Shown here: positions 21,445 to 30,742 of the stretch, one piece after another
How the letters are laid out: each line of letters starts with the position of its first letter
How positions within the stretch are numbered: the first letter of the stretch is position 1
Assembly (NCBI GenBank): GCA_900544965.1
Contig: UQXE01000004.1
Span: forward strand, 2,923 to 66,922
Reading direction: 5' to 3'
Source of the DNA: an uncultured Eubacteriales bacterium
Lineage (GTDB): Bacteria > Bacillota > Clostridia > Christensenellales > CAG-138
DNA: 64,000 bases
The notes under the pieces: generated by a model
Told to the model about the DNA's origin: nothing
What the model saw: only the letters and a program-made list of their open reading frames with translations
Database searches by the model: none
Position numbers and translations under genes: made by a program

Positions 21445-21864
21445 ATGAATAGGGAAGAAATAAAAGGATTGTTGCCGCATCGCGAACCCATGCTTTTGGT
21501 AGACGAATTATCATTGACCGACGACGGTATAGCTCATGGGGTATACCATGCGCGGGGTGATGAATGGTTTTTTCAGGGACATTTTCCTGGGAATCCGGTG
21601 ATGCCTGGCGTAATTCAATGTGAAATCATGGCTCAGGCGTGCGCGCTGCTTTTAGGCGATAAGCTGTTAGGCAATACGGCTTATTATACGGGCATGGATA
21701 AAATTAAATTCAAGAACAAGATAGTACCCGGCGATACGATAGAGGTAAGCGCAAGACTCAACCGTTGCAAGGAACCGTTTTACTTTGCGCATGCGGAAGC
21801 TAAGGTGGATGGACGGCTTTGCTGCGAAGGCGAACTGTCCTTTGCACTTGTGGAGGGAAGATAA
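21445..21864 (+). CDS. fabZ: 3-hydroxyacyl-ACP dehydratase
   Basis: LPHREPMLLVD and HFPGNPVMPGV motifs are present. The ATG at 21445 follows the RBS ggaggg. Confidence 0.9.
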   Translation: MNREEIKGLLPHREPMLLVDELSLTDDGIAHGVYHARGDEWFFQGHFPGNPVMPGVIQCEIMAQACALLLGDKLLGNTAYYTGMDKIKFKNKIVPGDTIEVSARLNRCKEPFYFAHAEAKVDGRLCCEGELSFALVEGR

Positions 21865-21867
21865 AGC

Positions 21868-23211
21868 GTGTTTTCAAAGGTATTAATCGCAAACAGGGGA
21901 GAAATAGCCGTTAGGGTAATTCGGGCCTGCAAGGAGATGGGCATCGCTACGGTCGCGGTGTTTTCGGAGGCGGATCGCGACGCCCTGCATGTTAGCCTTG
22001 CCGACGACTGCCTATGTATAGGACCTTCTCCGGCGAAGGACAGCTATCTCAATATGACCGCGGTATTGTCCGCTGCCATATTGAGCGGTGCGGAGGCCAT
22101 TCATCCTGGCTATGGGCTATTATCGGAAAATCACAGTTTTGCAAGGATGTGCGCTGATTGCGGAATAGCCTTTATAGGACCGCCGTATGGAGTTATAGAG
22201 CGCATGGGGGATAAGGATGAGGCGAGAAGGACCATGAAGGCCGCAGGCGTGCCTGTAATTCCTGGAAGCGATATCGTAAGCACCATGGATGAAGCGGCAA
22301 AAGAAGCCGAAAGAATAGGTTATCCACTGTTGGTGAAAGCCCGCGCCGGCGGAGGCGGCAGGGGAATAAGGAGGGTTAACGGCTTCGATGAACTTGAGCA
22401 TGCGTTTGCCGCGGCGGCGGCCGAAGCAAGAAGCGCGTTTGGCGACGGCGCCCTATACCTTGAAAAATACCTGTTTCCGGTGAAGCATATCGAAATGCAG
22501 CTGATTTGCGATAACTATGAAAACGTGGTTTGTCTGGGTGAGCGTGAATGCTCAATGCAGCGAAAAAATCAGAAGCTTGTTGAAGAAAGTCCTTCTCCAG
22601 GAGTATCCGCCGAGTTAAGAGCGGATATGGCGGAGGCAGCGGTACGCGCGGCAAGAGCGGTAGGCTACAGAAACCTTGGAACGGTGGAATTTCTGCTTGA
22701 CGGCAATGGTAAGTTTTATTTCATGGAGATGAACACCAGGCTTCAGGTAGAACATCCCGTTACAGAGATGGTAACAGGGATAGATCTGGTTAAATGGCAG
22801 ATAAGGATTGCAGCCGGAATGCCGCTTGAATTTTCAAATGACGACGTCCGCATTGACGGCCATGCGATTGAATGCCGCGTCAACGCGGAGGATCCCAGCC
22901 GTGGTTTTGTTCCAAGCTGCGGAACAATAGCCATGCTTCATGTTCCCGGCGGACCATGGGTACGATTTGATACGGCGCTGTACCAAGGATACAGGATACC
23001 CCCATTTTATGACTCTATGATAGGCAAGCTCATAGTGCATGCGCAGACGCGCGAAGAGGCGATACGTAAAATGCATGCGGCGCTTTGTGAGATGGTGGTT
23101 GAGGGGGTTGAGCATAACCGGGCGTTCCAGCTTGACCTTATATCACATGCCGAATTTATAAGCGGAACTTATACAACCGATCTGATAGGCCGACTGAACG
23201 ACGCCGAGTGA
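21868..23211 (+). CDS. accC: Biotin carboxylase subunit of acetyl-CoA carboxylase
   Basis: N-terminus KVLIANRGEIAVRVIRAC, an ATP-grasp pattern, and an apparent GTG start. Confidence 0.95.
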   Translation: MFSKVLIANRGEIAVRVIRACKEMGIATVAVFSEADRDALHVSLADDCLCIGPSPAKDSYLNMTAVLSAAILSGAEAIHPGYGLLSENHSFARMCADCGIAFIGPPYGVIERMGDKDEARRTMKAAGVPVIPGSDIVSTMDEAAKEAERIGYPLLVKARAGGGGRGIRRVNGFDELEHAFAAAAAEARSAFGDGALYLEKYLFPVKHIEMQLICDNYENVVCLGERECSMQRKNQKLVEESPSPGVSAELRADMAEAAVRAARAVGYRNLGTVEFLLDGNGKFYFMEMNTRLQVEHPVTEMVTGIDLVKWQIRIAAGMPLEFSNDDVRIDGHAIECRVNAEDPSRGFVPSCGTIAMLHVPGGPWVRFDTALYQGYRIPPFYDSMIGKLIVHAQTREEAIRKMHAALCEMVVEGVEHNRAFQLDLISHAEFISGTYTTDLIGRLNDAE

Positions 23212-23222
23212 GGTTATTGATT

Positions 23223-24101
23223 ATGATTAACAAAAATATGTTTGTAAAACCCAAAATCGCGCTTGAAGGCCAAAAAAACGCGCCTGATCATTTCGAACCA
23301 TCCGAGGATAAACTTACGGCATGTCCGTCCTGCAAGCATGCTATCTTTGCATATGAACTAAGGGAGCTTTTATACGTCTGTCCCAGGTGCGGCCATCATT
23401 TTATGATAAGCGCCCGTGAAAGAATACGCCTTATTGCCGATCAGGATACGTTTTGGGAGCTTAACTCCGATATTGGGGCAAAGGATAGGCTCGGATTCCC
23501 GCAGTATGAAGAAAAACTTAAAAAGGCTCGCGAGAACAGTGGTGAAAGCGAAGCAGTGCTTACGGGAATGTGCGGAGTGGACGGCGTTGAAACAGCCCTG
23601 TTTGTTATGGAATCCCAGTTTATGATGGGTTCGATGAGCGCTTCGGTAGGCGAAAAAATAGCGCGCTTGTTTGAGTTCGCTGAGGAAAAAAGCTTGCCGG
23701 TAGTGGGATATACGGTATCTGGTGGAGCAAGGGTGCAGGAGGGTATGCTTTCGTTAATGCAGATGGCGAAGACCAGCGCTGCGGTAAGGAGGCATAGTGA
23801 CGCCGGACTGTTTTATCTAACTATTTTGACCGACCCTACAACAGGGGGGGTAACTGCGTCATTTGCAATGGAAGGGGACATAATACTGGCTGAGCCCGGC
23901 GCTTTGATAGGTTTTGCAGGGCCGCGGGTAATAGAGCAGACCATGCGGCAGACGCTTCCCGAAGGGTTTCAGCGCGCCGAATTTCTGTTAAAGAAAGGCT
24001 TTGTAGACCAGATAGTAGCCAGAGACGAACAGCGCTATGTAATAGGAAGGCTGCTAAAGCTGCATGACGGAGCAAAGGAGGGTGTCCATGAAAGCATATG
24101 A
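23223..24101 (+). CDS. accD: Acetyl-CoA carboxylase carboxyltransferase beta subunit
   Basis: Zn-ribbon CPSC..CPRCGHH followed by a carboxyltransferase pattern. Confidence 0.9.
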   Translation: MINKNMFVKPKIALEGQKNAPDHFEPSEDKLTACPSCKHAIFAYELRELLYVCPRCGHHFMISARERIRLIADQDTFWELNSDIGAKDRLGFPQYEEKLKKARENSGESEAVLTGMCGVDGVETALFVMESQFMMGSMSASVGEKIARLFEFAEEKSLPVVGYTVSGGARVQEGMLSLMQMAKTSAAVRRHSDAGLFYLTILTDPTTGGVTASFAMEGDIILAEPGALIGFAGPRVIEQTMRQTLPEGFQRAEFLLKKGFVDQIVARDEQRYVIGRLLKLHDGAKEGVHESI

Positions 24102-24879
24102 GCGCCTGATAAAAGCCCGCGCCAAGGGCAGACCTACGTCGCTTGAATTTATAACAAATATCTTTGAGGATTTTTATGAGCTTCACGGCGACAGACTGTT
24201 TGGAGATGACCCGGCCGTTATCGGCGGGCTGGCGCGCCTTAATGGGAGGCCTGTAACCGTGATAGGCATTGAAAAGGGAGTGGATACCAAAGATAAAGTC
24301 ATCAGAAACTTTGGATCCGCAAATCCGGAGGGTTACCGCAAAGCGCTTAGGCTTATGAAACAGGCGGAGAAGTTTCACAGACCAGTCGTGTGCCTGGTGG
24401 ATACCTCCGGGGCGTATTGCGGCATAGGCGCCGAAGAGAGAGGGCAGGGAAGCGCGATTGCAATGAACCTTATGGAGATGATGAACTTAAGGACTCCGGT
24501 GATTTCCATCCTTATTGGTGAGGGTGGATCAGGCGGGGCGCTTGCGCTTGCGGTGGCCGACGAGGTATGGATGCTTGAAAACGCGGTTTACTCCGTTATA
24601 TCGCCAGAAGGAGCGGCAAGCATAATCTGGAAGGACGCTTCAAGGGTCGAAGCTGCCGCTGAGGCGCTCAGGATGACGGCGGAAGACCTTCTTTGCATGG
24701 AGATAATAGAGCGTATATTCAATGAGCCGGACGCTGAATGCGAGCGGGGTTTTGAGGAAGTATATTTGGCTATAAAATCTGCGTTGACAGATACATTTAA
24801 TAAAAATATAAATAAGCCAATACGGGAATTGCTGGACGCCCGTTATGAAAAGTACCGTAAAATCGGGAGGATTAACTGA
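24088..24879 (+). CDS. accA: Acetyl-CoA carboxylase carboxyltransferase alpha subunit
   Basis: The ATG at 24088 follows the RBS aaaggaggg. The motifs DTSGAYCGIGAEERGQ and GEGGSGGALA are present. Confidence 0.9.
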   Translation: MKAYERLIKARAKGRPTSLEFITNIFEDFYELHGDRLFGDDPAVIGGLARLNGRPVTVIGIEKGVDTKDKVIRNFGSANPEGYRKALRLMKQAEKFHRPVVCLVDTSGAYCGIGAEERGQGSAIAMNLMEMMNLRTPVISILIGEGGSGGALALAVADEVWMLENAVYSVISPEGAASIIWKDASRVEAAAEALRMTAEDLLCMEIIERIFNEPDAECERGFEEVYLAIKSALTDTFNKNINKPIRELLDARYEKYRKIGRIN

Positions 24880-25712
24880 TGATTGTCATTGCTACCGACA
24901 GCACCGCATGTTTGACAAAACAGGAGGCCAGGCAGCTGGGCGTAATTTACGTACCCATGACCTATACGGTTGCGGGTAATACATATACGGAACATTTTGT
25001 TGAAGATAACGGAAACTATGAGTCGCTTATAGCCGGCACCCAGGAGCTTCATACCTCTCAGCCCGCTATAGGCTGCTATGAAAGAACCTTCTCTACGCTT
25101 CGCCGTTCAGGGTTCGAGGTGCTTTGCCTGACCATTTCATCAAGGCTCAGCGGAACATACAGCAACGCATCCCTGTGCGCTAGGAACATGGGGGAGGACA
25201 GCTCCATTAAGGTGGTTGACACACGAACAACCGCAATAGGAATAGCGTTTTTAGTTCGCGAGGCCAGACGCTTGATTCAAAGCGGCTACAGCCTGAGCGA
25301 AACCGCGGATGCAATTACTAAAATGCGCGGCCATGTTAAAACGCTTTTCTCTGTCAGCGATATGACGCCGCTTAGGCGAAGCGGACGTCTAGGGCCTGTT
25401 CGCCAATCTGTAGGCACTATACTTAATATCCGGCCGCTTCTGACGTGTAAGGATGGTGCGGTCATAGCCTGCGGAGCCGCACGAGGCAGGAGCGACCAGC
25501 TAAAGAGCCTGTTAAAGGCGGTTCCAGAAACCGCGGAGGAGATAGCGGTACAGTATATAAGCGAGGAAGAGGCCGCAAAGCAGCTTGTTGATCAAATTGA
25601 GAAGAAGTGCGGGGTTCATGTCACGCTCAGAAAGCTTGGTCCAGTATTGGGAATACATCTTGGCCTTGATATATTAGGAGCCATGTGGTTTGATCCTGCC
25701 AGTAAAGATTAA
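24879..25712 (+). CDS. DegV family fatty-acid-binding protein (FakB-like)
   Basis: 277 aa with N-terminus IVIATDSTACL. Its start overlaps the accA stop (TGATG). Confidence 0.85.
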   Translation: MIVIATDSTACLTKQEARQLGVIYVPMTYTVAGNTYTEHFVEDNGNYESLIAGTQELHTSQPAIGCYERTFSTLRRSGFEVLCLTISSRLSGTYSNASLCARNMGEDSSIKVVDTRTTAIGIAFLVREARRLIQSGYSLSETADAITKMRGHVKTLFSVSDMTPLRRSGRLGPVRQSVGTILNIRPLLTCKDGAVIACGAARGRSDQLKSLLKAVPETAEEIAVQYISEEEAAKQLVDQIEKKCGVHVTLRKLGPVLGIHLGLDILGAMWFDPASKD

Positions 25713-25745
25713 CCAAGGGTATACCTTAGCTGTTATAGCCTTTCA

Positions 25746-25790
25746 GATCAACTTAAAGCCGGCGTTATGGCTATAAGTTGATCTTTATTG
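25746..25790 (+). terminator. Terminator after the fab-acc-degV operon
   Basis: gatcaactta (25746-25755) pairs with taagttgatc (25774-25783). An inner agcc/ggct pairing is present, and TTTATTG follows. Confidence 0.6.
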
Positions 25791-26074
25791 ATCTGAGTAA
25801 TAGATGCGGGGTCCGCTTTATTACATATAGGATGTACCGCCAAGAACGGCGTGTCATCCATAGATATAAACACGGCCGCGGGTGACTTGATAAATAATGG
25901 ATTAAATAGATATGTTGCAGTCCGCGTCTGTCCCAAAACAGGGGTTTATTCTTAAACCGGTTTCGGAGTTTACAGACAAAGTATACGAGCGGGATTGCTA
26001 AATACCTTTGATAATAACGGTCCTGATTATGAGCAGACCCAAATAACGCAGAGCATTCAAACTTAACGAATTAA

Positions 26075-26115
26075 CAAAATATTAAAGGCGGAACAGCCTG
26101 AATCGCTGTACCGCC
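26075..26115 (-). terminator. Terminator downstream of the CNNM/CorC gene
   Basis: ggcggaacagc pairs with gctgtaccgcc (one mismatch). TTTAATATTTT follows on the minus strand. Confidence 0.65.
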
Positions 26116-26171
26116 ATTGGAATTAGTGCCCTGTGATACCCTGGTTTAGTTTTATCAGAACAGTTTGCAGT

Positions 26172-27551
26172 CTAGTTGTTAGAGCCGTGTACGTCGCTTT
26201 TGGAAACCGCCGCGGCCTGCTCATCCGTTTCGGTTTTTGAAACCATTGCCCACTCAACCCTATGGTCCTCAAGCTTATCAACCTTAATATGCAGTCCCAG
26301 AACATCTACCTCGGGTTTGCTTCCGTCCGGGGGTATCTGGTTAAGGCAGCTGAACACGAGACCGCCTAGCGTTTCATATTCGTCTTCCTCATTGGGTTTC
26401 CATTTTAAGCCTAGGACTTCAACAATCTCACCCAGCTCAGCGCTTCCCGCGATCTTCCAAACATTATCTCCAAGTTTAGTGATCGCCTGCTCGTCCTGAG
26501 GATCGGATTCGTCATAGATATTGCCTACAATCTCCTCTATTAAATCTTCCATTGTAATCAAACCGCATGTTCCGCCATATTCGTCAACAACAATGGCCAT
26601 ATGAACTTTATTTGCTTGCATATCGCGGAACAGCACATCGGCCTTTACGCTGTCCGGAACAAAGTAGGCAGGCGTTAAAGCTTCGATTATTGGCTTTGAT
26701 GAGGGTCCGGTCATCTCTAAAAGGTATTCGCGGGCGCGAAGTATCCCCACTATATCATCGACATCTTCGCCGCAAACTGGAAAGCGTGACAACCCACTTT
26801 CCCTTATCGTATTTATTATTTCATCATGCGTAGAATCCGTCCATAATACCACCATGTCGGTGCGGTGTATCATAACGTCCTCCGCCGTTATATCGTTAAA
26901 TTCAAATATGTTGTTTATCAGCTCTTTTTCATTTGTCTCTATTACTCCGCTTTCATTGCCCATGTCAACCATCATACGTATTTCCGCTTCGGAAACCGCC
27001 TCGTCCGTTTCGTGAGGATTGATTCGAAAAAGCCTGAGGATACCGTTTGTACAGATGGACAGCAGCCAGATTATGGGTTTCATTATCTTCGACAGTATAG
27101 TTATTATGCGGCACGAAAGGCGGGCTACCTTTTCTGGCTTTCTCATGGCTATGCGCTTTGGCACGAGCTCTCCGAGAACAAGCATAAGGAACGAAAGTAT
27201 AAGCGTAATTAAGATTACCGCTATTGTATTGAGCGATGCCTCCGATACGCCTGTAATTCCTACAGTGTTAACCAGCCATCTGACTATAAGGTCTGAAAAA
27301 TTGTCCGCGGCAAAGGCGGAGCCCAAAAAACCTGCCAGGGTTATGCCTATCTGTATGGTGGAAAGGAACCCTGTGGGCTCTGCTACCATTTTAAGCATTT
27401 TCTGAGCAAGCTTATCACCTTCCGCTACCTGCCGGCGGAGTTTGCCCTCGTTCAGCGAAATAACAGCTATCTCCGCCGATGCGAAGAAAGCGTTTAAGAG
27501 TATTAAAACAAGCTGTAGGATTAATTGCCCTATTACTGGGTTGTCGTCCAC
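26172..27551 (-). CDS. Hemolysin-family / CNNM (DUF21)-CBS-CorC_HlyC domain protein, putative divalent cation transport
   Basis: 459 aa with an N-terminal DUF21 membrane region, a CBS pair and a C-terminal CorC_HlyC-like region. Apparent GTG start. Confidence 0.85.
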   Translation of the reverse strand: MDDNPVIGQLILQLVLILLNAFFASAEIAVISLNEGKLRRQVAEGDKLAQKMLKMVAEPTGFLSTIQIGITLAGFLGSAFAADNFSDLIVRWLVNTVGITGVSEASLNTIAVILITLILSFLMLVLGELVPKRIAMRKPEKVARLSCRIITILSKIMKPIIWLLSICTNGILRLFRINPHETDEAVSEAEIRMMVDMGNESGVIETNEKELINNIFEFNDITAEDVMIHRTDMVVLWTDSTHDEIINTIRESGLSRFPVCGEDVDDIVGILRAREYLLEMTGPSSKPIIEALTPAYFVPDSVKADVLFRDMQANKVHMAIVVDEYGGTCGLITMEDLIEEIVGNIYDESDPQDEQAITKLGDNVWKIAGSAELGEIVEVLGLKWKPNEEDEYETLGGLVFSCLNQIPPDGSKPEVDVLGLHIKVDKLEDHRVEWAMVSKTETDEQAAAVSKSDVHGSNN

Positions 27552-27776
27552 AAATTATCGCCCCCGTTTCAAAGATTGAGATTTTTTAGACGCAAATAAG
27601 AACACGGCCGCTATGCTTATAATACGCATAGGCCCTGTTCGTATGTATGCATATAGTGTCAAGACTACTTCGGTAACAGTCGCTGCTGCCGTCTTCCATT
27701 TTTAACCCGTCTTACCTCACCAATATAATAATGCGTCATTAATCAGTATATCGCGCAATAATAAAACTGTCAACGA

Positions 27777-28300
27777 TTATATTCCAAAGTGGTATGTAGG
27801 ATGTAATATTGTCAAATACGTTGGACGGAAAAGGCAGCGAGGAAAGCATTGGGGGGGTATACTGTAAAGGATGCATAGGACGATTACTTGAGGCTCCCCG
27901 ATGCATGGCAAGCTGTGAATCGAAGTGGCGAGCGAGTAGAAACGGCGTTGATCCTCGCGGTGACCTCGCTCCGCCTTGCCGTTGTAATAGGGGCGGATAA
28001 GTTTGTGCCGAATGCTGAGATTTCCTACAGCCGGATTTAAAGTCAAGGGCTGTGGCCCTTGACAATCCCGGGGTAATAACTCGCCTGTACCGACTATATA
28101 AGCATTTTACCAACTTGTTCTTTTTCTAATACTTTTTGTTTTTTAAATTGGCAACACCATCGCAAAGAAGATTAGCGTTAAAATATATTGTTGTCTAATC
28201 TAGCAGATTAACAACACAGCTGCCCAAGCACAAGCACCGTAGGTAGCTTCATTGCTTACCCTTCCCATCGTATCGGCTGTTGAATATGGGAGCGATAGCG
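27777..28300 (-). pseudogene. Decayed transposase/integrase (rve/DDE core) remnant
   Basis: The minus-strand frame at about 27936-28013 reads IRHKLIRPYYNGKAERGHREDQRRFY. This matches the conserved C-terminal part of the integrase catalytic core (RPY..NGK.ER.H). The surrounding frames are broken by stops and no intact transposase ORF exists. Confidence 0.55.
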
Positions 28301-28434
28301 TCCACATCAGTCTGAGCGACGTTGGAAAAAAGTACTATAGTCTTTCTTAATTCCTATAAGAAGTGCGGGCCTGACTATGATATAATCTATTAAGGCAGGC
28401 TTCATAATACAAAGCCTGCCTTTGTGTACTATTG

Positions 28435-28965
28435 TCAGGACTGCTGCCTTTTCAGCTTTGATTCCATTTCCAGAGGAACGATTCTTTGCTTCGCCAAAAC
28501 TGCTACAACTATCGTTTGCATCGCCAGCATTACGGCATATTGGACAAGCCGCTGCGGCATTAGTCCTATCAGCGTAACTCCGCTGGTAGTAAGATATATC
28601 CAAAGCGAATTAAGGCCCAAAGAACAGACGGTAAGCGAACATAGGGCCGCTAGAAACGACCTTAACACCGTAGCTTTTCTCCCGTATAAAAATAATCCGT
28701 AAATTATGCCGCTAAGGAAGGCCGACAGTGTATAGCCTGGAAAATATGGTCCTATCGGAAACAGCATTGCGCCAATAAAATCTCCAAGTCCCGCAACGCA
28801 GCCTGCATATATAGGACCATACATCAGAGCTACCAACGCAACAGGTATGAAATTGAACGCCAATTTCATAGTAGCGGTTTGGATGGAAAGGAACCTGGAT
28901 AAAACTATCTCTATGGCTAGCATAAGTCCAAGTATGACCATCTTTTTGATCTTAGTGTTTTTCAT
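28435..28965 (-). CDS. folT: Folate-family ECF transporter S component
   Basis: About 176 aa, polytopic. The start was moved to MKNTKIKKMVILG, which follows the RBS ggagg. A THF riboswitch lies immediately upstream. Confidence 0.8.
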   Translation of the reverse strand: MKNTKIKKMVILGLMLAIEIVLSRFLSIQTATMKLAFNFIPVALVALMYGPIYAGCVAGLGDFIGAMLFPIGPYFPGYTLSAFLSGIIYGLFLYGRKATVLRSFLAALCSLTVCSLGLNSLWIYLTTSGVTLIGLMPQRLVQYAVMLAMQTIVVAVLAKQRIVPLEMESKLKRQQS

Positions 28966-28990
28966 ATTAACCTCCGCATTCTTCCCCGAC

Positions 28991-29020
28991 AAAAAAAGTC
29001 CGACGCCAAATCGGCGACGG
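28991..29020 (-). terminator. Riboswitch expression-platform terminator
   Basis: The minus strand reads CCGUCGCC-GAUUU-GGCGUCGG, followed by ACUUUUUUUG. It sits between the aptamer and the folT RBS. Confidence 0.75.
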
Positions 29021-29065
29021 TAGTCTGCGAAAGCCCATCTAACGTAAACGCATACGTTTAAGAAC

Positions 29066-29168
29066 TATACAGCGGACGCGATATGGCACCGCAAGGGCTT
29101 TTCACCCTTTTCGTCAAGGGGCAACTTCCCATCCCCCAGCACTTAACGCACCATACCTACTCTGCACG
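29066..29168 (-). promoter_or_regulatory. THF (tetrahydrofolate) riboswitch aptamer
   Basis: The minus strand reads GCAGAGUAGGUAUGGUGCGUUAAGUGCUGGGGGAUGGGAAGUUGCCCCUUGACGAAAAGGGUGAAAAGCCCUUGCGGUGCCAUAUCGCGUCCGCUGU. It aligns block by block with the crystallised E. siraeum THF aptamer (AGAGUAG, GCGUUAAGUG, AUGGGA, ACGAA, GCGGUG, UCCGCU). Confidence 0.9.
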
Positions 29169-29384
29169 TCGGGTCGTTTTGTCACGATTAGATTAACATC
29201 CTTTACGACACATTTCAACCACTACCATAAGCTTCATCATAATATATTAAACAGTTGTGCATTCAAATTTAATTACCATTATTTACATATATTATAAGCC
29301 AATCTCCACCATCGTATATATTCATTAGGCGGCCCCTTACAGAATTATGGCAAAAATAGCAATAAACTTGAGCATGCATAATAG

Positions 29385-29927
29385 TTATATAAATAGTTCC
29401 AATGTGCCAAGCGCTATCATAATTATTCCGCCAATTACACAGAACGTTCTGGGGCGCGGAAGTTTAGAAGCAGAAGCGGTGAAACCAATACGGTTGCCAA
29501 TGGCGACGGAAAGGACACTAAGCACTCCGACCGCCAGTGAAGCGCTTAACGGCGATAACCCGGTAAGCCCCGCGCCGATTGCCACAGGAATGCAGTTTAT
29601 GGCAAGACCGCTGCCCAAGACCATGGTGTCTTTCCACGAAAACGTAATATCCCTATATTGTTTACCGTCATATTCCTTTGATAGTATCAGTGAAAACGCT
29701 CCTATCAGGATTATAATTATACCTCCTATTATGTTTGGTATCCTTCCAAACCTCGAAAATATTGAGGAAAAGTAACAAAAAAAGCATGTGGCGGCCGCAG
29801 AGAACAACCCAATCACCAAATTAGCCTTAATAGTTATCCGCTTTTTTAAAAATCCAAAGGATACCCCGATGAGAAGATTGTCAAGATTAGTTGATATACC
29901 CAAAAGCAAAGTCGATAAAAGGTGCAT
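29385..29927 (-). CDS. DUF204 membrane protein (MntP manganese exporter / YtaF-like)
   Basis: 180 aa and internally two-fold. N-terminus GISTNLDNLLIGVSFG is followed by a second half with GLAINCIPVAIGAG. Confidence 0.65.
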   Translation of the reverse strand: MHLLSTLLLGISTNLDNLLIGVSFGFLKKRITIKANLVIGLFSAAATCFFCYFSSIFSRFGRIPNIIGGIIIILIGAFSLILSKEYDGKQYRDITFSWKDTMVLGSGLAINCIPVAIGAGLTGLSPLSASLAVGVLSVLSVAIGNRIGFTASASKLPRPRTFCVIGGIIMIALGTLELFI

Positions 29928-30086
29928 AGCGTATTCCTCCTACCGACATCTTATGCTGCACAACAAAAACTGTGTTCTATGCCGATGGCGGGAATCCATC
30001 GGCAGGAGGTTTTAATTCATCCCCTGCCGGAGACTTAGACACCTAAAAAAGTAGTCAGACATGTGCTCAGCTGGTAAATAACATAA

Positions 30087-30611
30087 TTAAACCTGATATT
30101 TCATACCTATTTCGATTATTTCTCCTTCATTGTTTACATGGAAAAACCACAGAGACTCCTGCCACCAGCTGAACCACGGATTATCAGCGTCAGATTCACA
30201 GAATTTTAGGAAACGGTCAAAATCAAGTTTAAGCGTTGGATATACATAATTGTCGAGAATCCAAAACTCACAATTTTCTGATAATTTAAACTCTATAACA
30301 TCATTACTGTCGTTTATTAGTTCATATCCGGAGGATTCTATGGATTCATCCGAACGTATAGTTACTTCATCAATATGTGCTGAGTTTTCTGTCAGTCCTG
30401 TTATATATCCCCATAAATCCGCTGTTTCTTAATTATATATATAGTCCAATGCCAATCCGTAAAGCAATGGATCTACGAATGTATTATCCAGTCTTGCCCT
30501 TAGTTTGTCATCTAAGGGATAAAAACTGCCTAGTTGCGGCGCCAACTCCAAGACTGTTAAAAAATACTCGTTTTGAATTCTATCATATATAAGAAATGAC
30601 CCCTTAAAATA
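30087..30611 (-). pseudogene. Decayed ORF of unknown function in an AT-rich spacer
   Basis: Own translation shows one minus-strand reading frame of about 175 codons open from 30611 to the stop at 30087. It is interrupted by an in-frame TAA at 30429-30431, and no ATG/GTG/TTG lies near its 5' end. Confidence 0.35.
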
Positions 30612-30707
30612 TTAAAATAATATCATTTACGATGATCTTATTTCAACCGTATTTCGACAATTTATATTGCAAGTACCATATTTGATACAAATATCCATAT
30701 GTTTTAT

Positions 30708-30742
30708 AAATTAAAAGGCGGCATGGGTGAAGACCATGCCGC
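30708..30742 (-). terminator. Terminator downstream of the PTS EIIC-like gene
   Basis: gcggcatgg (30718-30726) pairs with ccatgccgc (30734-30742). CTTTTAATTTAT follows on the minus strand. Confidence 0.75.

Noticed and set aside
25748-25936. 62-aa minus-strand ORF in the 460-bp gap between degV and the CNNM gene
   Set aside because: It has no RBS and no recognisable motif, and it overlaps the operon terminator hairpin. The gap otherwise showed me no conserved RNA signature (no RNase P, tmRNA, SRP or 6S hallmarks). I cannot exclude an sRNA.
27552-27735. Possible M-box (Mg) riboswitch in the CNNM/CorC leader, prompted by a GGUGAGG block
   Set aside because: Apart from that heptamer, the conserved M-box blocks are missing. 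A GCUGCUGCC-like string occurs only on the wrong strand. The leader is also interrupted by the IS remnant. A cmsearch with RF00380 would confirm the absence.
28307-28603. 98-aa ORF overlapping the 3' end of folT
   Set aside because: It is out of frame with and overlaps the well-supported folT gene. It has no RBS, and its 3' part runs through the terminator region.
29928-30070. yybP-ykoY manganese riboswitch upstream of the DUF204 gene
   Set aside because: It was expected from gene context, but the conserved GGGGAGUAG and GCAAGACC elements are not visible. It is kept only as an unclassified structured leader in the findings.
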